From contig NW_024704743.1 of NCBI RefSeq assembly GCF_018977255.1, forward strand, positions 25,050,001 through 25,114,000: a stretch of DNA of 64,000 nt. The letters are read 5' to 3'. A program made the position numbers and the translations under genes. The notes beneath the pieces are model-generated. The model made no database searches and was not told the DNA's origin. It saw only the letters and a list, made by a program, of their open reading frames with translations. Source of the DNA: Callorhinchus milii. Taxonomy: Eukaryota. Below, one piece after another: positions 37,728-47,900 of this stretch (position 1 is its first letter; every line of letters begins with the position of its first letter).

Positions 37728-38150
37728 CAGTGTGTGTGTGTGTTTGGGTGTGTGTGTGTGTTTGGGTGTGTGTGTGTGTGGGTGTGTGTGTGGTGCTTGT
37801 TTGCAGGTGGCGGTTCTGTTTTGCATTTTGCAAATTATTTGTGGGTGTAGGTGTGTGGGTGTGCAGGTGTGTGTGTGGGTGTGCAGGTGTGTGTGTGGGT
37901 GTGCAGGTGTGTGTGCAGGTGTGTGTGTGGGGGGGGGCAGGTGTGTGTGCGTGTGTGTGCAGGTGTGTGTGTGTGGGGGGGTAGGTGTGTGTGTGTGGGT
38001 GTGTGTGTGTGTGTGGTGCTTGTTTGCAGGTGGCGGTTTTGTTTTGCATTTTGCAAATTATTTGTGGGGGTGTGTTCGTGTGTGTTTTTTTTCTTCTGTT
38101 TGGCTTAGTTTGGTGTTGTGTTTGCTGTGTGTGTGTGTGTGTGTGTTGGT
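37728..38150. repeat. (GT)n-rich tract containing a duplicated 55-bp unique segment (37791-37845 and 38014-38068)
   Basis: TGGTGCTTGTTTGCAGGTGGCGGTT(C/T)TGTTTTGCATTTTGCAAATTATTTGTGGG occurs twice. Confidence 0.93.
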
Positions 38151-38729
38151 GTGTAAGTGCCACCCACTCGGGAGATCCACAACTGCTCACCACCCCATCG
38201 TTTTGTTTGTGTGTGTTAAGCCCTTTAAAAGAAAAGTGCCTGCTGTTGGCTTGGACTGACTTGCACACCTTGGAAAGACCTTCGAGGGAAATTCCTTTTT
38301 TCTTCTTCTTCTCCTATCATCTCAGATGGATTGTTTTTTTTAAAAAAAGAAAAAAAGAAAAAAATACACATTAAAAAAAGATTATTGAGTTGGAAGGAGG
38401 GAGGGAAGGGCAGAGAGAGAGAGAGAGAGAGAGAGATTTATACAGAGAGAAAGACACAAATAAGAGTAAAAACAACTAAAAGAAAATTAAGAAACCAGGA
38501 GGAGAACTGTGGAGAGAACTGAGAAGTTATTGGAAAGCAGTTTGACTTGGGTTCGCTCTTTTGTGGTGGTGATTTTTTTTCGCACAGAATTTATACTTTT
38601 TATTTCCTCGTCGTTAACTTTTTCCCCCCCACAACACCCCCCCCCCCACCTCCTCCCTTACTTCCTCCACCACCATCTATCTCCTTGCTTTTCTCTCTCC
38701 TACATTTATTTTCTAAATAACACAAACAC

Positions 38730-39285
38730 TCAGAGAGAGACACACACAGTGGGAAAGAGAAAGAAAGACAGATAGAGAGAGAGAGAGAGAGACACACACA
38801 GTGGGAGAGAGAAAGAAAGACAGATAGAGAGAGAGAGACACACAGTGGGAGAGAGAGAGAGAAAGAAAGATAGAGAGAGAGAGAGACACACTGGGGGAGA
38901 GAGAGAAAGAAACAGATATATACAGAGAGAGAGGCACACACACACACAGTGGGAGAGAGAAAGAAAGACAGAGAGAGACACACACACACAGTGGGGGAGA
39001 GAGAAAGAAAGAAACCGAGAGAGAGAGAGGGAGAGACACACACAGAAACACACACAGTGGGGGAGAGAAAGAAAAGAGACAGATAGAGAGAAAGAGACAG
39101 AGAGAGAGATAGAGAGAGACAGAGAGAGAAAGATAGAGAGAGATAGAGAGAGACAGAGAGAAAGATAGAGAGAGATAGAGACAGAGAGAGATAGCGAGAG
39201 AAAGAGACAGAGAGAGAAAGAGACACAGAGTCAGAAGGAGAGAAAGAAAGAGAAAGAGAGAGGAGAGGGAGAGACAGAGGGAAGA
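38730..39285. repeat. Purine-rich (GA)n minisatellite upstream of the ZNRF2 start
   Basis: About seven units of CACAC(A)CAGTGGG-AGAGAGAAAGAAAGACAGATAGAGAG, then a (GA/GACA/GATA)n tract. Confidence 0.95.
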
Positions 39286-39286
39286 G

Positions 39287-39820
39287 GTTGGAGGCGAACG
39301 TGTTGGAGGCGAACGTGTTGCATCTGTGGAGCGGGAGGATGGGCGCTAAGCAGAGCAGTCCGGCTACAGCGAATGGACGGACCAGGGCTTACTCGGGCTC
39401 GGATCTACCCTCCAGCAGCCGGTCTGGCGGCTCCGGAGCCGCCGCCGCCTCCTCCTCCTCCTCCTCCGCCGCCGTGGTGACCGGGGGGCCTCTGGGCGGA
39501 GCTGCCCGCTACCACCTGCCCTCCCCCGGCTCCCCCGGCCCCCCCGGGCGGGGCTCGGGCTCGGGCAGCCCGGGACAGGCTCTGGGCTCCAGGACCAGGT
39601 CGATGGGGGCGAACAGCCGCACTCAGTCCCTCAACCAGTCCCTGCACATCCCCGGCGGCGCCCACAGCCCTCGGGAGTCGGACAGCAGCGCCGCCCCGGA
39701 GGACAGCTCCGGGGACAGGGCAGCGCACGGGGGGCCTCGGCTCCTCATAGGATCCCTCCCCGCACACCTGTCACCTCACCTGTTTGGAGGTAGGATTCGC
39801 GCCTCACGCGCACCGGCTCG
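39287..39820 (+). promoter_or_regulatory. ZNRF2: CpG island over ZNRF2 exon 1
   Basis: Sharp rise in GC and CpG content relative to the CpG-poor flanks; covers the first coding exon. Confidence 0.75.
39339..39789 (+). CDS. ZNRF2: E3 ubiquitin ligase ZNRF2, first coding exon
   Basis: Strong Kozak context (AGGATGG); [27 protein letters not shown]...[20 protein letters not shown] matches the ZNRF2 N-terminus; phase-1 donor G|GTAGGA at 39789/39790, where the zinc finger exon should follow; downstream of MTURN as in human. Confidence 0.95.
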
Positions 39821-40872
39821 TGTGTGTGTCTGTGTGTGTGTGTGTCTCTGCGAGTGTCTGTCTGTGTGTGTGTGTGTGTGTCTCTCTGCGAGTGTCTGTC
39901 TGTGTGTGTCTGTCTGTGTGTGTGTGTGTCTGTGTGTGTGTGTGTCTCTGCGAGTGTCTGTCTGTGTGTGTGTGTGACTCTGTGTCTTGTCTGTCTGTCT
40001 CTGTGAGTGTGTGTCTGTGTGTGTGTGTGTGTCTCTGCGAGTGTCTGTGTGTGTGTGTCTGTGTGTCTCTCTGCGAGTGTCTGTGTGTCTGTGTGTGTGT
40101 CTGTGTGTCTCTCTGCGAGTGTCTGTCTGTGTGTGTGTGTCTGTGTGTGTGACTCTGTGTCTTGTCTGTCTGTCTGTCTGTGTGTGTGTGTGTGTGTCTC
40201 TGCGAGTGTCTGTGTGTGTGTGTGTGTGTGTCTGTCTGTGTGTGTGTGTGTGTGTGTCTCTGCGAGTGTCTGTGTGTGTGTGTGTGTGTCTGTGTGTCTC
40301 TCTGCGAGTGTCTGTCTGTGTGTGTGTGTCTGTGTGTGTGACTCTGTGTCTTGTCTGTCTGTCTGTCTGTGTGTGTGTGTGTGTGTGTCTCTGCGAGTGT
40401 CTGTCTGTGTGTGTGTGTGTGTGTGTGTCTCCGGTGCCGGTCCGTGTGTGTGTGTGTGTGTGTCTGTGTGTGTGACTCTGTGTCTTGTCTGTCTGTCTCT
40501 GTGAGTGTGTGTCTGTCTGTCTCTAACTATCTCTGTTGTGTCTCTCTGTGTCTCTCTGTGTGTGTGTCTCTCTGTGTGTGTGTCTCTGTGTGTGTGTGTG
40601 TGTTTCTGTGTGTGTGTGTGTGTCTCTCTCTGTCTGTGTGTGTCTCTCTCTGTCTGTGTGTGTCTCTCTCTGTCTGGTGTGTGTCTCTCTCTGTCTGTGT
40701 GTGTGTCTCTCTCTGTCTGTGTGTGTCTCTCTCTGTCTGTGTGTGTCTCTCTCTGTCTGTGTGTGTCTCTCTCTGTCTGCGTGTGTCTCTCTCTGTGTCT
40801 CTGCGTGTGTCTGCGTCTCTCTGTGTCACTGTGTGTGTGTGTGTGTGTATATAAATATGTGTGTGTGTGTGT
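39820..40872. repeat. Compound (GT)/(CT) minisatellite at the start of ZNRF2 intron 1
   Basis: 10 copies of CTGCGAGTG and 4 of GACTCTGTGTCTTGTCTGTC within (GT)n, then GTCTCTCTCTGTCTGTGTGT units. Confidence 0.95.
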
Positions 40873-42027
40873 ATACGCGAGAAGAAGCAAAGATATTGTG
40901 TTGTATAAACACTAACCAAACACTCTGCTCGTTTGCTGTAACCTGACAACTCGTCATTGCTACTTTTGACCTTCCAAAAAAACACCCAACACAGAGCGAG
41001 ATGTCAGAACTTCCACTTCATATATTGGGGTTTATCCCCCCCCCTCCCCCCCTCCTCCCTCTCTCTCCCTCTCTCTCTTTCTCCCCTCCAGTCGCAAGTT
41101 ATGTATTTAACCACCCAACCCGACCCATCCCAGCAAAAAAAAATCTCCCAGCAAAAAGTGCAATGTGTTGACTTTTGCTTTATTTAAGGATCTGCACCCA
41201 CCCACCACCCACCCACCCACCCACCACCCACTCCCAGAGCAACCTCCCCATCCCTGTCCCCCTCAAGGCTCAAATACACGAGCTGCTTTTGCACTGAAGC
41301 AGGGTACAAGTCTGCAGGGCCTTTTTTTTTTCTTCTTCTTCTTCTTCCTCCTCTCACCATTGTTTTGTTTTGCTTCCAAATGTATTGGCTGTCTGACAAA
41401 CGCATTACAAAAAACTTTCTCACACAGGCGTGAAAGGCACACAACCCATTAGTGCTGCCTCTCGCTAAATAAATAGTAAATGGTGACTTGTTCTGTCTTG
41501 AATACTGTGATATTCTTTCTCCCAGAGGGATTGCAGTGAGCCAGATCGTAAGGGTACCCCCATCCCCCTCACACTCCCATCACTACTGTACCATTGATAT
41601 AATGCATCTGGGAGGTATATTCCATACAATACATTGGCCAAATTAGCACAATGCAAATTCTTCGTGCCTTGTACCATTCCCAATGATTTGTATGTGACAG
41701 TAAATTGAAATCTCATCCTGGAGGAGCGTATCTGACTGTATAAACAATTTGCATTTAAAAGGCATCCTGTTTGTTTTACGGCCAGCGCTGTGTTTTGATC
41801 TGAAAGGGAAAACACAATCCAGTTTTTTTTTTTTTGAATGGGGCTTATTTATTTGTTTGACTTCCTCGGACATGTTAGAGGATTGGTTAGAAGGTGCAAT
41901 GTGTCGTCGTGTACACTCACAAATCATTCAAGTGCATTTCGTAATGTCTTTCAAGTGCATTGTATTTGTATTTTTTTCTGTGGCGTATTGCATTAAATGG
42001 CTTTCTTTTGTGCTGTAAACTTTGTTT

Positions 42028-42133
42028 TGCCCACAAAATATGCAGTCAATTCACTTTACAGTATATTCTGTGAAGTGCTTTGAGACATCTCGAAGAATTG
42101 ATAAGGGGCTATATCAAATGAAAGGATTATTAT
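42028..42133 (+). mobile_element. SINE 3' tail
   Basis: GCCCACAAAATATGCAGTCAATTCACTTTACAG...GCTATATCAAATGAAAGGATTATTAT. Confidence 0.82.
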
Positions 42134-42232
42134 AATGATTATCATATTGTTTGCTGGCCACTTTACACAAATCACTTCCTAAACTTGTAGCAAAATCTGA
42201 TTATCCTAAACTCTCCAGGATGTGGTGATTTA

Positions 42233-42650
42233 TAGTCAAACCTGCTAAAGCAACCACTTCTGTTCAACCACCACCCGCTGTCAACAACGTCCCAACTGAT
42301 TTCCTATAATAAAACACCTGTATTCAGTAACCACCTGACTAATGCAACCAAGAGTATTTACTGGGAATGCGTTACCGATTTCCATGGCCCTGTGTGTAAA
42401 TTCCAAGTACATTTACCAACACCGCGCTGAGCTGCCCACGTGATGCCGATAGCTTTCCCCATCCCCCTCCCCCCTCGCTGGTGAGGCAGGATTGATAAAT
42501 GCACTAGGATGTCTACATGCAGACCTGCGGAAATTTTGTAAACCATTTTTGGGTTCCTGTCAATGATACCTTTACTCAGAGGCCACCCTTACGCAAAGGG
42601 TCACACGTTGGTCCAGACCCCTGAGTGGTCGCTGACAACAGGTTTGACTG
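42233..42650. mobile_element. Non-autonomous Tc1/mariner (pogo/Tigger-like) MITE
   Basis: Left TA+TAGTCAAACCTGCTAAAGCAACCACT; right AGTGGTCGCTGACAACAGGTTTGACTG+TA (imperfect ~27 bp TIRs, TA on both sides); no transposase. Confidence 0.7.
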
Positions 42651-43087
42651 TACTTTGAGATGTCACAAAGAATCGAGTAGACAACGAGCCCAGAAACTTG
42701 TCAGACCTCGCGATATCACCCGAGTGATAAATCCTGAACCTTCCCTTTAGTGTATTCTACATAACCATCTCGATCAGAGCTGGAGTGAGCAGTACAATTA
42801 CTGCAATCTGTCTTGTGGAGAAGAAACATTGCAGACTATACTGTTGTCTTGAGAGCAGATGATTTCTTTGAGCACCTGCCTTATGTATGATGACTGCACC
42901 ATTAGACTGGCACAATTGCAACCAGACCTGCTGGGTTTTGATGGTGGCGTGTGGTACTCAACACATCTAAGAAGTAGGCACTATTGCAGAGTGATTGGAG
43001 ATAAGTTTTGTGCATTCATGGAGCATGGAAACATTGCCATTAGCCAGTAAAGGTGAATGAGACATCCAACACCAATTAAAATTTACA

Positions 43088-43462
43088 GGAGTCCTGTAGC
43101 TCAGTGGTTAGAGGCATTGCCTCGCAAGTGAGAGACTTGGGTTTGATTCCCAGTATGGAGAAATGTTGGGCAAGTTTCCTTACTCCACACGCCTCTGTTT
43201 ACCTAGCAGTAAGTAGGAACCCGGTTGTTAGCGAATCGGCAACTTACTTTTCCAGGGTACTAATTCCTTCCCAGAAAAAAATAATAATATTGGTCACTTC
43301 AATCCAAGACTGTTTGTGGAACACTGCTGTGTGCAATTGGCTGCCGCATTTCACCCACAAATATACAGTCAATTCACTTTATAGCATATTCTGTGAAGTG
43401 CTTTGAGACGTCTAGAAGACATGATAAGGCGCTATATTAAATGCAAGGATTATTACTATTAT
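43088..43462 (+). mobile_element. Full-length SINE, long form (CGC anticodon)
   Basis: GGAGTCCTGTAGCTCAGTGG head, CORE-like TTGGGCAAGTTTCCTTACTCCACACGCCTCTGTTTACCTAGCAGTAAG, tail ACGTCTAGAAGACAT...(ATT)n. Confidence 0.92.
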
Positions 43463-43604
43463 AAATTGTGCCATGCATGCCACCATCAAAACCTAGCCTG
43501 ATAAGTCAGTAAAATAGGATGCGTTACTATGCAGTAAACCTATCTAAGATTCTGTCTTGCTGTGTGCTGGCTAATTTATGAAATCCTCTCCTTAACCCAT
43601 ACAA

Positions 43605-43830
43605 CGACAGCAACTTGCATTATACAGATCCCTTCACATGAGGTAACGTCTCGGAACCCTTAATGGTGGTGGAACTTGACACTGAGCTGCGAGTTAGGGG
43701 AGATGACTATCGGCGCAGTCAAAGAGGAGGACAGGCAATGATTGGGCAATGCGGAGGAATTGAGGCAGAGTTCCAGAGTTGTGGGACAGAGTAGCTGAAA
43801 GCACAGCCACCGATGGTGAAGTCATGGTGT
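43605..43830 (-). mobile_element. L2 LINE 3' fragment, old
   Basis: ACAGCAACTTGCATT tail and GAGTTCCAGAG...CCACCGATGGTG motifs. Confidence 0.6.
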
Positions 43831-44727
43831 AGAAAGCCAGAGGCCAACCGTGCAAAGGGGCAAGTTACTGACTCACCAACCATTGGAAATAAGTTCTCCT
43901 TATTGATTATTAAAACCCCTCTTAATTTTAACGTGCTTCATGTTAATGATCCAAATTGAGATACAGCACGGCACCTCTTCAGTTTTTAAAGCAGTTGGCA
44001 AAGCTTCGAACCGGTTGGGAAGTTAATCTAAAATGAAAGTTTAAATGAATCTATTCAGGGCTGTTTACTTTGTGAGTCAGTCCCAGGTGTTCACTTTGTA
44101 ATGGATGTAAGAATTGGCAGGGTTTTCTAAGATGTTGTGACCTACATTTGTGACCTTCTAAAACTTTACAAACCTGCCTTTTCCCTCCGCTCTGCAGGTA
44201 TTTGAGTTTAGACAGCTGGTAATAGCTGCAGTATGACTTACACTGCTGCTAATCAAATGAACTTAGAATACTAAGTGTCTTATTTTTTTAAAAACAACCT
44301 AAATAGTGTTCTACAGAACATTTACCATCCCCAAACAGTGGTTGAATCTAATGTGAGGTGACATCACCATTGAAATAGGAAGCTAGAAAAGTATCGCACA
44401 CTCTCTCTAATATCTTGAATTTAATTCTTTGCTGAATAACTGTCTAATTCCCTCTTGAATTTGTTGATGCAATTTCCCTCCCCTACCTCCCTGGTCTATT
44501 CCACATTTTCAGCGCTCTGTGTAAAATAAACAAATCCGAGCTGCCTGTTTATTTATCGTTTGTAGCTTCAGTTTGTGCCTCCTTGATTAAGATTTGTTTG
44601 AACATGCTAATCATATTACAGGGCAACCCTTTTATAACACTGTAGATTTCTCAGATTTAAAAAAAATTAGATGCTGTGTTAAAACTGGTAACACAAAACA
44701 AAGCCTGCCATTCACACTTCCAGATTA

Positions 44728-44925
44728 TAATAAAATAATCCTTGCATTTGATATAGCGCCTTTATCACATCTTCGAGACGTCTCAAAGTGCTTCACGGAA
44801 TATACTGTAAAGTGAATTGACTGTATATTTAGTGAGTGAAATGTGACAGCCAATTGTGCACAGCAGTGTCCCACAAACAGCTGTTGATTGAGCGACCAAA
44901 TTATTACTATTTTTGAAGGGATTTT
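44728..44925 (-). mobile_element. 5'-truncated SINE
   Basis: ATAATCCTTGCATTTGATATAGCGCC...CACATCTTCGAGACGTCTC...CAGCCAATTGTGCACAGC. Confidence 0.85.
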
Positions 44926-47900
44926 ATTGGGTGATTATTGGTTATTGGCTGACATTACTTTCTGCGCTTTGGGCACATGTGTGCTATGTACATGAAGTGC
45001 TATTGGGATGTCCTCCCGACATGAAAGGTGTTTTACAAACGTAATTATGTTGTATTGACTTTATTTCCTGTAATCTATGTGCTAGAGATGTCACTGCCAG
45101 TATTTACTTTGCAGTCATGTCAGCAGCATACTCCATAAGTATTAACAGTGTTGATCTGGTTACCTGGCAGGCAGCCTTTTGTGTGAAGGGCGTAATCAGA
45201 ATGGGGTAACGTATTATTACAGATATCTTTCAGGATCTCAATTCCATCAGTGAGATCTCCTCTGTAGCTTTCCTTGTTTAGTGTGAAAATTGCTTGTTCC
45301 TATAACATCTGCTTATTAGCCAGGTGACTAATTCTAGCTATCAATCTTGGTGTCCTTAACTGTACCCCCTTCAATGCTAGGATTTGTCACGTACTCATTG
45401 TAGAGGTCAATTGGTCTTATTCATGCAGTAGCTATCTTTATCTTTATTGTTAAAGCAAGGTTCAAGTTGCCAATTTCCAAAGTGACCTTGACTGTTGTAG
45501 TTTGAAGTATTACAGCTTATTACGTTTGTGATGAGATTAGTGAAAGCTTATAGTCAATTAAATCATTAATGAAATTGAAAAATATCTTGGTCTGTTCTTC
45601 AGGTTCTGTTGTTTTTTTTATTATTGGATGGGAGAGTGGAATTGGGGAGGTACTGTCTTCATCGGTCCAACTTAGAATAGCTGGGAGACAAATGCTTTCC
45701 ACCCGGACTGATTTTGTCAGCATTGTGCATGTACTTTTAATAAGAATGATCACAAATAACCTCATCACAAATACCCCTTGGAGCCAATTAGCACTGTGGC
45801 TCCAGTGGTGGTCTAGTGATCTTCCAGCAATTGATTTTAGCAGCCGATCATCCCCATCCTCACTTGGCTCTCTTGATTCCCCATCATCCAGCACATCAAT
45901 TTTGAGATCGTTGAACTCATATTCAAATCCCCAATGGCCTCACACTATCTGCAATCTCCAGAAACCCTACAGCCCTGGACTGATCCCTCCCCTCAGCAAA
46001 TACAGACCTGCTTCGTGTTCACAGTCAGTTCTGTGAAGTGCTTTGAGACGTCTTCCTTATACGAGAGGCACTATATAAACGTAAGATTCTTAAGAGCAGT
46101 GCTGGGTGTGTAAAATTGTTGCTTAGTGATTATCTTTTCTCTGTGCTTCAAACCGGTCACTGAGCTTTTGTTGTGTGCATATTTTTTTCTGATGAATTCT
46201 GAGCACAGAGTTCTTCTTGGAACTGTTTAAAAGGAAGAGGAACTCCAGCACATCAGCAGAAGAAGTCAAACGACGCATCTAAAAGCAGTAGGGTTAATCA
46301 GGATGTGGTTGCTGAATGTATATATGTGTAATGATAGTCATGAAAAACTGTGGCAAACCGTTTACTTTGGGGAATAAAGAGCTGGGAGGATATTTCTGTT
46401 GTGATGAGGAGCAAGATGCTGAAAAATACTTGTGAGATCGTATCACTTTTTCAAATACAAACACAGGTTTGTTGCTTCTTTTTAGAGATAATAAACACAA
46501 ACCTTCCTCAGAGTTAGGGCTACGTTTTACCTTATTCCTTCTCCAAAATTGGCTTTTGTCCTAAGCTGTGCATATCCAGTATTTCACTTCCTCCCCTTGA
46601 GTTGACCAGGAAATGTGGTGGAGTTTGCTCTTGCTCATTGGAATATTTAGCTCAGCAGTTTACAGCACTGCTAGAAATTTACTGTACATTGAACAAACTT
46701 GGCTGTTGGTTTATTTTATAGTGCATTGTATCAGGGAACCGGTACACAAGGGCACCAGACACTCCTTTTTATAAAGCACCGTGTTACTGGACAGAATTTC
46801 CTAACACAGTATATGGAAGGAGTATTATTTAATTTACTTTGGAAAACCTCTGAGGATGGCAACACGGTCCTTGCAGTAGAATAACAGCTTTGAGATTCTA
46901 CACTGATGTGCAGGCAGTTGTCTGTAAAGGCAATGCACAGGGTTTCCCTGTTGCAGTGGATCTGCTGTGTCATGTTTTATCTGCTTTACTGTTATGAAAT
47001 CACCCACCTGGAAAGTCACGGCTAGAGTTTCTGTTAATTACATAAAAAGGACTTCAATTGAGATATTGAACCTTTTCTCACCAATATAGTGTAATACCTA
47101 AATGAAGAAATTATGCTTTGTTTTGAAGGCACTTTACCTGTATCCTGGGACAGGGTTATATGGGCAGGTACAGATCTTACTTATATCATTAACTCAAGGT
47201 TTGCAGCGTAAGGGCCTACATTAAAAACTTGCATTTGTATAATTTTTTTATGCAAAAATAAACATCATGAAGACTTTTATAATAGTCCTTGCATTTGATA
47301 TAAAATATACATGGCTCTTTGCCTCTGGTGCTCGCCTGCAAAATGTGCATCGGTATTTTTTTATATTGAGTTCTAACACTTTATGAACTAGTCTAATGTC
47401 GTTTTATGTTTAAGTGGGTTAAACTGAAATGTGCACGGGTTACCTTCACCTCGATCCTGAATGCCGGGGGAGATTGATAACTTGTCTAAAAAGCCATAAT
47501 GATCTGGAAATAACAATGAATTGTATTCCATGGAAAATGTTACAGCAAATTCCTGATAATTCGTCATTCCAAGGGAAAAGGACTCAGTGATGAGTTATCT
47601 GGAGTGGTGAGTTAGGCATATGTATAAATACTGTACATAAACAAATGTGGCTGGTATATTGACAACATGATGATTTGAGTAGTAATAATAAGTTAAGCCA
47701 GGATCAAGTTATCAGAACTTTATTGTATGTAGGCAAAGCTAACTCAGAAAACACATCCTGCAGACAATATTGCTGTACTGTTGGCTGGTGATAGTATTGA
47801 GGTTTGCAGCAAACATTGTACTGTCCACAGCTGTGCTACAGAAATAAACTGCCCTCGGTGAATATTACGAGAGTTTGGACTTGGGTGTTTTTTGTTTTGC

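Noticed and set aside
35533..38268. 911-aa, 692-aa and 233-aa His/Thr-rich minus-strand ORFs
   Set aside because: They are translations of a CA-rich satellite that lacks stop codons in several frames at once, span an N gap, and contain no domain.
39288..39338. ORF-track start at TTG 39288 for ZNRF2
   Set aside because: The ATG at 39339 has a strong Kozak context and gives the conserved myristoylated MGAKQS N-terminus.
39339..39789. Identification as ZNRF1
   Set aside because: The MGAKQS...[10 protein letters not shown] and [11 protein letters not shown] motifs and the MTURN neighbour fit ZNRF2.
38600..40985. Long VCVC, SLSL, THTH and RERE ORFs
   Set aside because: Dinucleotide-repeat translations, including the read-through of the ZNRF2 ORF past its splice donor at 39789.
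45569..46036. 155-aa ORF
   Set aside because: No recognisable domain or splice structure; its 3' half overlaps a decayed L2-like fragment.
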